NCBI GenBank assembly: GCA_964610775.1
Contig: CAZSZC010000004.1
Location: 1 to 63,712 of the forward strand
Origin: an uncultured Candidatus Saccharibacteria bacterium
GTDB lineage: Bacteria > Patescibacteriota > Saccharimonadia > Saccharimonadales > JACQNP01
Reading direction: 5' to 3'
Length of the DNA stretch: 63,712 nt
Below, in pieces: positions 1 to 12,877 of the stretch (position 1 is its first letter; every line of letters starts with the position of its first letter). The notes below the pieces were generated by a model that searched no databases, had not been told where the DNA came from, and was given only the letters and a program-made list of their open reading frames with translations. The position numbers were made by a program, and so were the translations under genes.

Positions 1-479
<479 letters not shown>

Positions 480-666
480 AGTAGAATTTGTTCACTTAGC
501 ATCAGTCAGAAACTGACTAATTTACTAATTTAAAACAATTCAAAAATGAACTGACGTTGATTGACAATCTTCATCTTACGAATCAGATTGTCGTTTGCAC
601 TATCTAAGTTTTTAACGTTCGTTGTTTTTAGAGACACTTTAATAGAAGCTCCAAAAGACTCAGGTA

Positions 667-696
667 ATCTTACAGCGTAGCCGCCCCTATTGTCAA
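667..696 (-). promoter_or_regulatory. Putative sigma70 rRNA promoter
   Basis: TTGACA (691-696), 18-bp spacer, TAAGAT (667-672), about 190 nt upstream of the 16S 5' end. Confidence 0.6.
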
Positions 697-739
697 GAAG
701 TTTTTTATGCATAACCTTTTTTACAACGTTTTAGGTCGA

Positions 740-1105
740 TTATCCCTGTTCCTGGACTCGAATAATATCCAGAACACTAGGAAGCACTATGGAACCTGCA
801 AGTCTACCCGAACGAAAATGAAAACCTTCAGTTTCGAACACCTCTCCAAGTAGCTCAACAGTACCAAAAAACGCTAATGGGCTTTCCTCTCCAAATCGAG
901 AAGTAACTTTTTTATAGTATGCTACATGCGAATCATGAACGTCTACTGGAAGCCATACGTGAGTAGATGAGGTAGTAGAGCGTGGGTCGTGCTTCCCTAT
1001 TTCCGGCCCAACTCTCAGATATCCTTCAAGAACATCTTGACCCGAAAAATCTAGGTCCTTATCGAATAATGGTATGTGGCCTCTTGCTATACGATGTATC
1101 GGCAT
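740..1105 (-). CDS. Hypothetical protein, 121 aa
   Basis: Open frame with GGGAG SD-like sequence upstream; no recognisable motif. Confidence 0.55.
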   Translation of the reverse strand: MPIHRIARGHIPLFDKDLDFSGQDVLEGYLRVGPEIGKHDPRSTTSSTHVWLPVDVHDSHVAYYKKVTSRFGEESPLAFFGTVELLGEVFETEGFHFRSGRLAGSIVLPSVLDIIRVQEQG

Positions 1106-1209
1106 ATTCTCTCCCTTTTCTTCTAAGAAGTTATACGCCCGTTACAAACAAATGCAAGCATGAGCAAGTTAAGTATGGAATTTTCGGTGTTTTATGATAT
1201 AATTAGTAT

Positions 1210-1416
1210 ATGGATAGGTCGCCTCGCTACAATCAGCCAGAACAACTACTACCTTGGATTGCGAGTACTATCAAAAATATCGGCCATTCCGCATTAGTGT
1301 ATCTCAGGACATCAGATCCAAATCTAGGCGAAGGAAAGCTACGCTCAAGTATAACGCCGGCTGAGTACATGGAAATTCCCGATTACCCACCGGTGCACGA
1401 CGATACTATTTCTTAG
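1210..1416 (+). CDS. Small hypothetical protein, 68 aa, probably leaderless
   Basis: Extended -10 TGaTATAAT (1198-1203) 6 nt before the ATG; overlaps the gyrA 3' end by 11 nt. Confidence 0.55.
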   Translation: MDRSPRYNQPEQLLPWIASTIKNIGHSALVYLRTSDPNLGEGKLRSSITPAEYMEIPDYPPVHDDTIS

Positions 1417-4003
1417 ACTTAGGGGTTTCTGCAGTATCTTCCTCTGGAAGAAGTTCTTGGTTTTCTGGTTCGTCTTCTTCGTTGTCTACAGCCTTATCAA
1501 CCAAGGCTAGAGACACAACTTTGTCATTGTCGTTCAGGCGCATAATGCGAACACCCTGAGTGGCTCGGCCTAATTGAGGAATATCCTTAAGCCCTAATCG
1601 AATAGTTTGACCCTGTTGAGAGATAATAATTACCTCTTGGGTGTCATCATCACTAAGTGCCTTCACGCCAATCAGCGCACCCGTCTTAGTGTTCACTACT
1701 GCTGAACGAATACCAACACCACCACGAGCATGAGCTGTGAATTGCGACATCTTGGTTCGCTTGCCATAACCCTGGTCACTTATAACAAATATGCTGGAAT
1801 TCTCGTCAACAATATCCATACCTATGACCTGATCACCGGCACGCAAACGTATACCACGCACACCGCGAGAGACACGACCCATTGGTCGAGCATCCTTCTC
1901 GTGGAAGCGAATAGCTTGACCCTGCGAAGTCGAAATCACTACCTCGTTCTCGCCTGTTGTCATGCGAATCCACTTAAGCTCGTCACCATCATCTAGGTTT
2001 ATAGCAATAAGACCCGTCTGTCGCACGTTCTGATACTGCTCAAACGGCGTTTTCTTGACGACACCGCGAACTGTACACATTAGAAGATTTCCGCCCTGAG
2101 ACTGCTTAGAAACATTAATTACCGAACTAACAGTTTCTTCTGGTTGAAGTTGCAGTAAATTAACTAATGCAACACCTTTGGCATTCAGACCAACGGCTGG
2201 CACCTCATAGGTCTTAAGACGGAATACGCGACCCTTGTTAGTGAAGAACAATAGGAAATCGTGGGTACTAGCATTTACTACGTGCTCGATAACATCTTCT
2301 TCGCGAGTCGCCATACCGCGCTTACCCTTACCGCCACGGTTTTGCTTGCGGTAGTCTGCAATCTGGCTACGCTTGATGTAATTGGCAGATGTTAGTGTTA
2401 CGACAACTTGCTCGTCAGGTATAAGATCTTCGTCATTCATCTTACCAAGTTCTTGAGGTATAACTTTGGTTCGACGTTCATCACCAAACTGCTTCTTAAC
2501 CTCGAGTAGTTCGTCTTTGATGATCTTCAGTATCTTCTTTTCGTCGGCCAATATAGATTCTAGATTAGCAATCAGTTTGAGTAGTTCAGCTAGCTCGTCT
2601 TCAATCTTTTGGCGCTCAAGACCAGTTAGTGCACGAAGCTGCATAGCCAAGATAGCCTTGGCCTGAATCTCTGATAATTTGAACTGTTTGATTAAGTTGG
2701 TCTGAGCCTCTTCACTACTCTTGCTAGCCCTAATAACCTTAATAACCTCATCAATGTGATCAAGAGCAATCTTGAGGCCTTCTAGGATGTGAGCACGGTC
2801 TTTTGCCTTACGAAGCTCGAACTCAGTCCGGCGACGAATAACAACTTGTCGATGCTTAATATACTCCTGAAGAATGTCTTGAAGACCTAAAACACGTGGC
2901 TGAATACCATCAATCAAAGCCAGCATGTTGTAGTGGAATGTCTGCTGCAACGGAGTGAGTTTATAAAGCTGGTTAAGCAGCTTCTTTGGGTATGCGTCTT
3001 TCTTGAGATCAATGACGATGCGCACTACACCACGAGCGGTTTCGTCACGTAGGTCACGAATACCGCCAATTTTCTTTTCCTTGTAGAGGTCAGCTATCTT
3101 TTCGAGTAGTCCTGCCTTGTTGAGACCATAAGGGATTTCAGAAATTACGATCTGTTGTACACCCTTCTTATTCTCTTCAACGTTTGCGACACCACGAACG
3201 ACAACTCCGCCCTTTCCAGTTGCGAGAGCTGTACGTATAGAATCTCGTCCATAAATAATACCGCCAGTTGGGAAGTCCGGACCCTTAACGTGTTCTAGTA
3301 GATCATCAAGTGTGGCTTCTGGATTATCAATAAGGGTAACTGTTGCATCGACTATCTCAGTCAAGTTATGGGGTGGAATATTAGTTGCCATACCGACAGC
3401 AATTCCGATCTGTCCGTTTAGAAGTAAGTTTGGTAGCTTTGCTGGTAACACCTCTGGTTCTTGCTCGCTACCATCATAGTTGTCGCGGAAAGGTACGGTA
3501 TCTTTATCAATATCTTCTAGCAAGGATTGACCAGCTTTGGCCATTCTAGCTTCCGTATAACGCTGTGCAGCTGGTGGATCACCATCCATAGAACCAAAGT
3601 TACCTTGCCCATCAACCAACAGATAGCGCGTTGACCAATCTTGAGCTAAACGAACCATGGCGTCGTAAATAGCCACATCACCGTGAGGGTGATATTTACC
3701 CATGACATCACCGGTAATACGAGCACTCTTAACAAACTTGGAACCTGGCTTCCAGCCGTTCTTATCCATGGAGTACAAAATACGACGATGAACTGGCTTA
3801 AGACCGTCTCGCACATCAGGCAATGCACGAGCCACGATAACACTCATGGAATAGCGAAGGTAGCTATCTTCCATGACATTTTCGACACTACGAGACTCTA
3901 CAGTCTTTGAGTGGGTAGCATCAATAATCTGCATGTTATCTGAGGCTAAATCTGGGCTGCTTGGTTCTTGATTAACTTCTTCTGGTTTCTTGTCTTCTTC
4001 CAT
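1406..4003 (-). CDS. gyrA: DNA gyrase subunit A
   Basis: [29 protein letters not shown], catalytic AAQRYTEAR, GyrA box QNRGGKG, C-terminal pinwheel repeats. Confidence 0.99.
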   Translation of the reverse strand: MEEDKKPEEVNQEPSSPDLASDNMQIIDATHSKTVESRSVENVMEDSYLRYSMSVIVARALPDVRDGLKPVHRRILYSMDKNGWKPGSKFVKSARITGDVMGKYHPHGDVAIYDAMVRLAQDWSTRYLLVDGQGNFGSMDGDPPAAQRYTEARMAKAGQSLLEDIDKDTVPFRDNYDGSEQEPEVLPAKLPNLLLNGQIGIAVGMATNIPPHNLTEIVDATVTLIDNPEATLDDLLEHVKGPDFPTGGIIYGRDSIRTALATGKGGVVVRGVANVEENKKGVQQIVISEIPYGLNKAGLLEKIADLYKEKKIGGIRDLRDETARGVVRIVIDLKKDAYPKKLLNQLYKLTPLQQTFHYNMLALIDGIQPRVLGLQDILQEYIKHRQVVIRRRTEFELRKAKDRAHILEGLKIALDHIDEVIKVIRASKSSEEAQTNLIKQFKLSEIQAKAILAMQLRALTGLERQKIEDELAELLKLIANLESILADEKKILKIIKDELLEVKKQFGDERRTKVIPQELGKMNDEDLIPDEQVVVTLTSANYIKRSQIADYRKQNRGGKGKRGMATREEDVIEHVVNASTHDFLLFFTNKGRVFRLKTYEVPAVGLNAKGVALVNLLQLQPEETVSSVINVSKQSQGGNLLMCTVRGVVKKTPFEQYQNVRQTGLIAINLDDGDELKWIRMTTGENEVVISTSQGQAIRFHEKDARPMGRVSRGVRGIRLRAGDQVIGMDIVDENSSIFVISDQGYGKRTKMSQFTAHARGGVGIRSAVVNTKTGALIGVKALSDDDTQEVIIISQQGQTIRLGLKDIPQLGRATQGVRIMRLNDNDKVVSLALVDKAVDNEEDEPENQELLPEEDTAETPKSKK

Positions 4004-4004
4004 C

Positions 4005-6080
<2,076 letters not shown>

Positions 6081-6124
6081 TTAATAGTCATTAGCATTTT
6101 CTAACAAAAATAAAAGAAGAAAAA

Positions 6125-8035
6125 ATGTTCAGAAAACTAGCCAGCAATCTACCTTTTAACCCTAGTTTGATCAACCAGGTAAGTTTCTACGCGAAGCGCA
6201 TGCACCAAGAACAATCGGTACGTCGTATCGGTCTTGCGATGGTAGCCTTAGCCATGGTTTTGCAAATATTTGCCGTCGTATCTCCCCCACAAGGAACCCT
6301 AGCAAGAGTCGGTAACGATCTAATACCGGGTGGCGCAGCTTCACAAGGTGAATTGGTCAATCACTGTAATGCCAATAATTACGACTTTGCAACCATACTG
6401 GATTACTTTGGCATTCACTGTCAGGACCTATTCTTCGGCCAAGTACGGACTATTAATGCCAATGACTATGGTGGTCAGCTCTATTCAATGGGGCGAGCAC
6501 CTTATGGCAAGCCGGGCGAAACACCCGTTAATATAGCTGGGCTTGGTACATTCTATATGCGACCATTAAATAGCTGGGGCAACGCCAACTACCGTGCCAT
6601 AACAGGCACTCGTTCTGACGGCACTCCATTTATGGTGCTATTTGATTGTGGCAACTTAGTAATAGTTGGTAGGCCGCCAACCGAGAGGCCTCAAAAAGTA
6701 GTGAGTTGTGCAAACCTTATTATTAGCGTTACACCCGGAAGTCGCGTACCGCTTAATTCAGCCATCGGTGTTCGTGGCCAAGCTACTGGCGACAATTTAG
6801 CTCCTGGGGAGCTAGCTGATATGTACTACGATATGGTCTACATGAAATCAGGGCGTGTCGAAGGCAGTGATTTAGCTAGAGGCGTACCCTTCAAGGGTAA
6901 TGTAGCCGAGGACGAGGTTATTAGAGGCTTCACTGTTAGTAAGCCAGGTCATTATCAATTCCGATTATCTGTTAAATATTTCGATGGCGGACCAAGAGAC
7001 GCCGGCGGAAATGCCGTAGGTGGATGTGTGCGAGATGTTTACGTGAACACTCCTCCGCCAACACCAGAGAAAGTTATTGAATGTAGCAACTTGGTTACTA
7101 GCTTTAGTAACGGTCAAAAAATAGTGGCTGGCTCAAACGTTACTGTGCGTGGACAAGCCTCTGGCAGAGACTTACCGCAGGGCGAACTAGTTGATATGTA
7201 CTACGATTACACAGACGCAAATGGCAAAGTCTTGGGTGACCAAAAAGCACTAGGTGTACCATTTAAAGAAAGCTTGGCAGAGGATAACGTGCCGCGTAGT
7301 TTCAAGCTTGATAAAGCCGGTAAATACACCTTTAGACTAAGTGTTAAATATGACGGGTCAAAAAAGTCTGCCAAGGGCAATCAGACTGGAGATTGTTTGA
7401 AGGTAGTTATAGTTGAGGAGCCTTGTCTAGAAAACAAACAAGGCAAAGAAGCAACGGAATGCTTAATATTGAGTAAGGTTGCGACTAACAATACTCGTAA
7501 CGTTCCGAATGCAGATGGCACCACTGCCCAAGCTGGCGACACAATAACCTACACTCTCGCTACCAAGAACACTAGCAAAAATACAACTGTTAAGCAGTAC
7601 GTTATAAAGGAAAATCTGATTGATGTTCTACAGTACGCAGATGTAGTTAACCTAAGTGGTGGCACTATGGACAAATACAGCGTAGTTAGCTGGCCAGCGG
7701 TTGATATTAAGCCGGGTGAAACTATCAACAAGAAGATTGTTATTAAGATTAAAAATCCTATACCTAATACACCCGTGTCCACATCTGACCCAGGATCTTA
7801 TGATATGAAACTAACCAACATCTACGGTAATACCGTTAACATAAAATTACCGCCAAGTGTTACTAAGACTACCGAATACGTTGCTCGTGAACTACCAAAC
7901 ACTGGTCCTGGCGAAACACTAGCCGGTGGATTCATGATAACTGCAATAGTTGGATACTTCTTTGCCCGCAGCAGATTGCTAGCTAAAGAATCAGATATTT
8001 TACGTACTGAGTACGCAATAAGTGGAGGTATGTAA
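6125..8035 (+). CDS. Secreted/surface protein with two internal 125-aa repeats, a DUF11-like segment and an LPNTG sorting signal
   Basis: N-terminal hydrophobic helix; repeats KVVSCANL..GELADMYYD and KVIECSNL..GELVDMYYD; TAQAGDTITYTL segment; LPNTG (7892-7906) followed by a hydrophobic stretch and basic tail. Confidence 0.85.
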   Translation: MFRKLASNLPFNPSLINQVSFYAKRMHQEQSVRRIGLAMVALAMVLQIFAVVSPPQGTLARVGNDLIPGGAASQGELVNHCNANNYDFATILDYFGIHCQDLFFGQVRTINANDYGGQLYSMGRAPYGKPGETPVNIAGLGTFYMRPLNSWGNANYRAITGTRSDGTPFMVLFDCGNLVIVGRPPTERPQKVVSCANLIISVTPGSRVPLNSAIGVRGQATGDNLAPGELADMYYDMVYMKSGRVEGSDLARGVPFKGNVAEDEVIRGFTVSKPGHYQFRLSVKYFDGGPRDAGGNAVGGCVRDVYVNTPPPTPEKVIECSNLVTSFSNGQKIVAGSNVTVRGQASGRDLPQGELVDMYYDYTDANGKVLGDQKALGVPFKESLAEDNVPRSFKLDKAGKYTFRLSVKYDGSKKSAKGNQTGDCLKVVIVEEPCLENKQGKEATECLILSKVATNNTRNVPNADGTTAQAGDTITYTLATKNTSKNTTVKQYVIKENLIDVLQYADVVNLSGGTMDKYSVVSWPAVDIKPGETINKKIVIKIKNPIPNTPVSTSDPGSYDMKLTNIYGNTVNIKLPPSVTKTTEYVARELPNTGPGETLAGGFMITAIVGYFFARSRLLAKESDILRTEYAISGGM

Positions 8036-8598
8036 TGTCAGAATCAATGAAACACTCTGGTGGTGAGCATAAAATAGAAAACCATAATACTGAGCACGTC
8101 AGCCACAAGAATCTGGAACGCATAAAAGAAAAAGCCGAGAAAGCCGAAGAGCATGGTGAAGATCACATAGATAAAATTCGTGCCGAGATCAAGACACACG
8201 CTATTAGCGGTAAAGAGTTCACTGTTGGCGAAAAAGAATCAACAGCACCTTCTAGTCACCACTACACAAATCAAAAGGAACTCAAAGCTAATGCCTATAA
8301 CAAATCAATGCGTCAAATTAGGAGTAAGCTCTCTAAACCAGATAAGACATTCAGCAAGGTCATACACAATAAAACTGTCGAGTCTGTTAGTGAAGTTAGT
8401 AGCAAGACGATTGCTCGACCTTCAGGTTTATTAGGTGGTGGAATCTGTGCGCTATTAGGTAGCGCATACCTTTTGTACATGACTAAGCACTATGGATTTG
8501 AGTACAACTACTTTGTGTTTTTCTTGTTATTTGTGGGCGGATTCTTTGTGGGTATGTTTGGCGAATTATTACTACGTTACGTCTTTCGAAAAACTTAG
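8035..8598 (+). CDS. Conserved hypothetical membrane protein, 187 aa
   Basis: Coupled to the upstream gene (TAATG); charged N-terminus and two C-terminal TM helices. Confidence 0.85.
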   Translation: MSESMKHSGGEHKIENHNTEHVSHKNLERIKEKAEKAEEHGEDHIDKIRAEIKTHAISGKEFTVGEKESTAPSSHHYTNQKELKANAYNKSMRQIRSKLSKPDKTFSKVIHNKTVESVSEVSSKTIARPSGLLGGGICALLGSAYLLYMTKHYGFEYNYFVFFLLFVGGFFVGMFGELLLRYVFRKT

Positions 8599-8609
8599 AT
8601 ATAGAACTG

Positions 8610-11600
8610 CTAATCTCGCTTAATATGAAGTGTATCCTGAACACCCGTAGCGTCTTCGTGTTGTAAGGTAATCTCAACCTCTGTGCGATGTTTTTTGGTG
8701 TTATCGGTAGTTATTGGCTGTGAAGTTGGCAAAGCAGGCTCTAGATTGATTGGTGGCTGCTGCACTTGGTTTATTTGTGACGGCGTCTGGAATGCAGCGT
8801 CGGCCTGTTGTGGTTGCTGTGTAGGCTGTGCTTGCATAAAAGAAGGCATGGGCTGTGACGAAACTGGAACGGTCGAGTTATTAAGCTGAGCATCTCCCTG
8901 TTGTTGCCCAGCATCATTTTGATGTAACCCGCCTCTTATTTGTTGAGCTATAGTATTAACTTCTTGCCTTTGCAAATCATTACTAGATATATTCTGAGTA
9001 ACGCCGGTGCTGGAGCTGGCTGCGGGACCGGTAAATCCATTCGCAGATGTTTGGGGTTGTGCGAAATTAGGTGGTATATAGCCATTCTGTGGTTGGAGAG
9101 ATGACTGTGCAGGTGCCATTGTAGGCTGAGGAGTTGCAGATGGCGCCATGCCTGGAGCACCAGTTGTAGCGGCTTTCTTCTTAGCTAGCCACTCATCTAA
9201 AAATGATGATCCGCTTGTTGGCGCCTTTGCCCTAGGCATAGCACCAGCTTGAGGAGGTCCAGAACGCTGGCCAAATGGGCCTGGAGCACCCGATGCCGGT
9301 TTGGGATCATCTTTAGTCGCCAGACGTGAAAATATTTCTTTTTCAACCTCGGCTTTCGGTCTTCCAAACTTTGCTGCTGATAACTGCTTTAGGGCTTCAC
9401 CAAGCTCAGGCTTAGGATTGCCTAACGGCGCTAGGCCGGTCATACTAAACGGCTGAGTTGGAACTCCGCCCACCAAAGTTCTAACCACGGCATTATAGTT
9501 TGGAACACGTAACAAGTCGTCGGCATCGAATAATGGCTGGAAATACCTGGTCAATGAATCAACATCGTTTTGTCCAATACGAAACGCCACTATGGTACCC
9601 ATGTTTCCAAATACAGCATCGCGAATTTCTTCTGATAACTGAGTCGTAAACTGGTTAGCTACAATTAAATTAAGGTGATACTTTCGGGCTTCTGACATGA
9701 TTGTGGCAAATGATTCTGTTGAGAAGTTCTGGAACTCATCAACATACAGACAGAAATCAACACGATCGCTTTCTGGTATATTGGCGCGACTCATAGCTGC
9801 CGCCTGGAATTGCATAACAAAAATCATGCCCAGAAGTTTAGAGTTTAAGTCACCCGTTTTACCCTTACTGAGGTTAACAATCAAGATTTTTTTGTTATCC
9901 ATTATTTCACGTAGATCAAATGAGCTCTTGGTCTGACCGATAATATTACGCATCATTTCATTTGACAAAAAGGCACCGAATTTACTAACAAACCAACCCA
10001 ATACCTCACTCTTGTGATAGTCACTAGTACTAGCCATCTCCTTGTTCCAAAAATCCAAAACGGTATTATCGGTAACATGCTTTAGCAGATCTTTAGCGTA
10101 TTTGTTATCGGTGAAAACTTTAGGAATATCAATAAATGTTCCGCCTTCGGGATTAGCCATAACAGTCAACGCAGCATTCCTAAACCAGTGCTCGTAACGT
10201 GGCCCAATAATACCTTGATGCTGAGGATCATAGAGTTTATAGAGCATGTTTATAGCTTCTTGGATCAAGAAATCGCGCTGTTCAGGAAATTCATGCTCAA
10301 ACAAATTAAGACCCATTGGCCTATCCATTTCGGCTGGACAGAAATAAATAACGTCCTCAGAGCGATTGGGCGGCACCATACTCAACAACTTTTCTGCAGT
10401 ATCGCCGTGAGGGTCTATAAAGCAAAAGCCTTCACCATTCACCATATCCTGTAGAGCCAAGTTCTCTAAGAATGTGGATTTACCCGTACCAGTCTGACCG
10501 ACGGCGTACATATGTCTCTGTCGATCGCCTAGACTGAGTCTAATTGGTTTTTTAACACCACGGAAAATGTTGTAACCAAGCAATAATCCCTCGTCTGGTA
10601 TATTACGTGGTCCATCAACCTGTTTTGATGCCTGTCGCTCAAGCTGTGAAGTTGGTATATTCTTTTGGTCTGGGAAGTGGAACAAAGTCGCCAACTCTGT
10701 AGAATTAAGTATGTTACTTTTATTCTCGGGTGGGAAAAAACGCATGATATAAGCTGTAACAAACTGCTCAATATCTCTGGCTGGCGTATATTTAAAGCCG
10801 TTTTTACCCGGTGCATCAAACAAAGAGAATGTTGATACTATATTGGCCAAGACTGCCTGTGAGCGTTGAGAAATATTAGATGACGCCACTACTCTAATCA
10901 AGACTTCGAAGCCGGGTGATTGGGTTTTCAAATCAATTGAATCAAGTATGGCCTGTTCAGCGTTAGACAGCTCTGGTTTATCTCCGCCTTTCTTATCTTC
11001 TTTAGATTCAGGTGGTTTTGCAACAGCTACAGCAAGATCTTTTAATATACCGCCAGCAAGAGCTGCACCTTTTTTGGATTCTTTCCCCTTGCGCTTACTG
11101 CTTGCTACTTCACTGGCAGCCTTACGCCAGCTTGGATCGGCTGGTCGCATAAGTATCTGAATGCCCACACCATCTTCCTTATCTAATGTCGACATCGCGT
11201 TCAGGAGCGACTGCATTGCATCGCGCTTCAGGTCTTGATAGGTTGCTATTGGATAGGCGAAGTTTTCTTTAAGTGTGAGTTCACCACCAATTGTTCCACT
11301 AATCTTACCGACAGGACTAAAGATATTATGTTCAGATACTTCCTCCATTCGCGCTGCAGGATATGCACTAACAACACCTTGTTTCACTATCTCAACTAGA
11401 GCAATAGGAACGGCGGCGTAAAAATGTACGAAACCCTTAGATCCAACTATCTCGAAGCCAAAGTGACGTTGTCCATAAAACTTAGTTTTGCCACCTTTCT
11501 GGAGAGTGCTGGCGATTATGTTATAGATTATCTGGGCTTTGGAAATATTTTCATCAACAACATCACGAACATCTCTTCCACCACCCTCAGTATCATCACT

Positions 11601-11756
11601 TGATGGTGGTAAGTGAATAAGTAACGGGACCATCTTAAGACCGCGTTCAAAATTCTTCTGTTCTCGAAATGTTTTGCGCACCTGCAAATATACAATAGGC
11701 CCAGCAATTGCTGCTATAGCGGCTAAAATAAACAGGAATAAAAGTACTCCCGGCAT
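8610..11756 (-). CDS. VirD4/TraG/HerA-like P-loop ATPase with N-terminal TM anchor and P/Q-rich disordered tail
   Basis: Walker A GQTGTGKS, IDPHGD, Walker B LYVDEFQNF, SEARKY, VANQF. Confidence 0.9.
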   Translation of the reverse strand: MPGVLLFLFILAAIAAIAGPIVYLQVRKTFREQKNFERGLKMVPLLIHLPPSSDDTEGGGRDVRDVVDENISKAQIIYNIIASTLQKGGKTKFYGQRHFGFEIVGSKGFVHFYAAVPIALVEIVKQGVVSAYPAARMEEVSEHNIFSPVGKISGTIGGELTLKENFAYPIATYQDLKRDAMQSLLNAMSTLDKEDGVGIQILMRPADPSWRKAASEVASSKRKGKESKKGAALAGGILKDLAVAVAKPPESKEDKKGGDKPELSNAEQAILDSIDLKTQSPGFEVLIRVVASSNISQRSQAVLANIVSTFSLFDAPGKNGFKYTPARDIEQFVTAYIMRFFPPENKSNILNSTELATLFHFPDQKNIPTSQLERQASKQVDGPRNIPDEGLLLGYNIFRGVKKPIRLSLGDRQRHMYAVGQTGTGKSTFLENLALQDMVNGEGFCFIDPHGDTAEKLLSMVPPNRSEDVIYFCPAEMDRPMGLNLFEHEFPEQRDFLIQEAINMLYKLYDPQHQGIIGPRYEHWFRNAALTVMANPEGGTFIDIPKVFTDNKYAKDLLKHVTDNTVLDFWNKEMASTSDYHKSEVLGWFVSKFGAFLSNEMMRNIIGQTKSSFDLREIMDNKKILIVNLSKGKTGDLNSKLLGMIFVMQFQAAAMSRANIPESDRVDFCLYVDEFQNFSTESFATIMSEARKYHLNLIVANQFTTQLSEEIRDAVFGNMGTIVAFRIGQNDVDSLTRYFQPLFDADDLLRVPNYNAVVRTLVGGVPTQPFSMTGLAPLGNPKPELGEALKQLSAAKFGRPKAEVEKEIFSRLATKDDPKPASGAPGPFGQRSGPPQAGAMPRAKAPTSGSSFLDEWLAKKKAATTGAPGMAPSATPQPTMAPAQSSLQPQNGYIPPNFAQPQTSANGFTGPAASSSTGVTQNISSNDLQRQEVNTIAQQIRGGLHQNDAGQQQGDAQLNNSTVPVSSQPMPSFMQAQPTQQPQQADAAFQTPSQINQVQQPPINLEPALPTSQPITTDNTKKHRTEVEITLQHEDATGVQDTLHIKRD

Positions 11757-11757
11757 A

Positions 11758-12201
11758 TTATTCTTCCACTACTTTAACTTCTTTATTGTAGCGTTTTTTA
11801 AGATAGTCGGCCTTCATCTTACTGATTTCCTTATTCTGAAGATGTGGGTCTAGCTTTGTGTGCTCAACTATCTGTTTTGCCTTCTCAACCCACTCTTTCT
11901 CAATCAGATCATTATCGTCTGCTATGTCCGGAAGTCTACCAGCTGGATGAACTAAAGACCCAGGATCAGTAGTTGGGGAGACTGCTGGCGGCGGACCTAG
12001 ATTAGGATCAAACGGCGTGGATGTCGTTGGATCTTGTGTAGGTATTGGTGCTGGTTGCGATATTCCCTGCTCAATAGCTTGAGCCGTTGCCGTCTCTGTA
12101 ACTGGAGTATTAAGTTGACCTTCCTGTAAATTAGACTGTGGCTCGGCTACAGGTGCGGGCAACTCCATAGCTGGAATTTGGTCAGGATTTTGCTGATTCA
12201 T
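11758..12201 (-). CDS. Conserved hypothetical protein, 147 aa
   Basis: Pro/Thr-rich N-terminus, helical C-terminus DLIEKEWVEKAK..KADYLKKRY; TGaTATAAT 8 nt upstream of the start. Confidence 0.8.
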   Translation of the reverse strand: MNQQNPDQIPAMELPAPVAEPQSNLQEGQLNTPVTETATAQAIEQGISQPAPIPTQDPTTSTPFDPNLGPPPAVSPTTDPGSLVHPAGRLPDIADDNDLIEKEWVEKAKQIVEHTKLDPHLQNKEISKMKADYLKKRYNKEVKVVEE

Positions 12202-12247
12202 AATGGTTTATTATATCAAAAGCACATCCATAATAACAGAGGAGGAT

Positions 12248-12598
12248 TTATATAAAATCTATCTTCTGTAAGTACCAAACACAAAGTACCCACAAGCCAA
12301 GAACAATGAGAGTATCCTTGATAGTTAATTGCTGAATAGACTGTAAGATAACCAGAAGTGTCGGTAGGGCTGACGCGACCCCAGCAATAAAGCGCCGTTT
12401 ATTCTTTAGCATCGAAGGTCTCAACGCCGCTAAAATCGTATCGATCAATATGTAACTAATTATAAATACCAATATTATAGGCACCATAAGAAGTGGCAAT
12501 GGTAATTTTTCAGGATTAGTCAGTGTCAAAAACAGAGGCAAAACTAGCAAAGATAACACTATGATGCCCGTTTTACGAAAACTTTTTAATTTCATCAT
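12248..12598 (-). CDS. Hypothetical membrane protein, 116 aa
   Basis: Four hydrophobic segments. Confidence 0.75.
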   Translation of the reverse strand: MMKLKSFRKTGIIVLSLLVLPLFLTLTNPEKLPLPLLMVPIILVFIISYILIDTILAALRPSMLKNKRRFIAGVASALPTLLVILQSIQQLTIKDTLIVLGLWVLCVWYLQKIDFI

Positions 12599-12619
12599 CT
12601 TTAAGAATATCAGATGTAT

Positions 12620-12815
12620 AAAAATACCGTTTCATTCGAACGAAACGGTATTCAAGGAGATACATGGAGCCGGGACGGTAAATCCGCTCTATAAATAATA
12701 AATACTTAGCGCTTACCGTCCTGGGCTTGACTGACCGCTCTTTTCGCCTTTAGGGCGAATTGAGCGCTATGTTTAATTTGTTATTTTTGTATGTCATTTT
12801 GTTTCCGACTTACGC
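12620..12815 (-). ncRNA. Candidate structured leader/sRNA with a 15-aa uORF and intrinsic terminator
   Basis: uORF 12750-12797; 9-bp stem 12673-12681/12713-12721; 11-bp terminator stem 12623-12633/12642-12652; promoter immediately upstream. Confidence 0.45.
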
Positions 12816-12820
12816 TATCC

Positions 12821-12849
12821 AATCTACTATTTTACTCACAAAAAGTCAA
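12821..12849 (-). promoter_or_regulatory. sigma70 promoter
   Basis: TTGACT (12844-12849), 17 bp, TAGATT (12821-12826). Confidence 0.65.
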
Positions 12850-12859
12850 GTATTTTTTG

Positions 12860-12877
12860 TAGTTATATTTATAACTA
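12860..12877. promoter_or_regulatory. Perfect palindrome, candidate operator
   Basis: TAGTTATA-TT-TATAACTA; a degenerate copy lies at 12961-12979. Confidence 0.45.

Noticed and set aside
12660-12730. tmRNA-like 3' end (..TCCCGGCTCCA on minus)
   Set aside because: No T-loop, no GGGG 5' acceptor strand and no ALAA-type tag.
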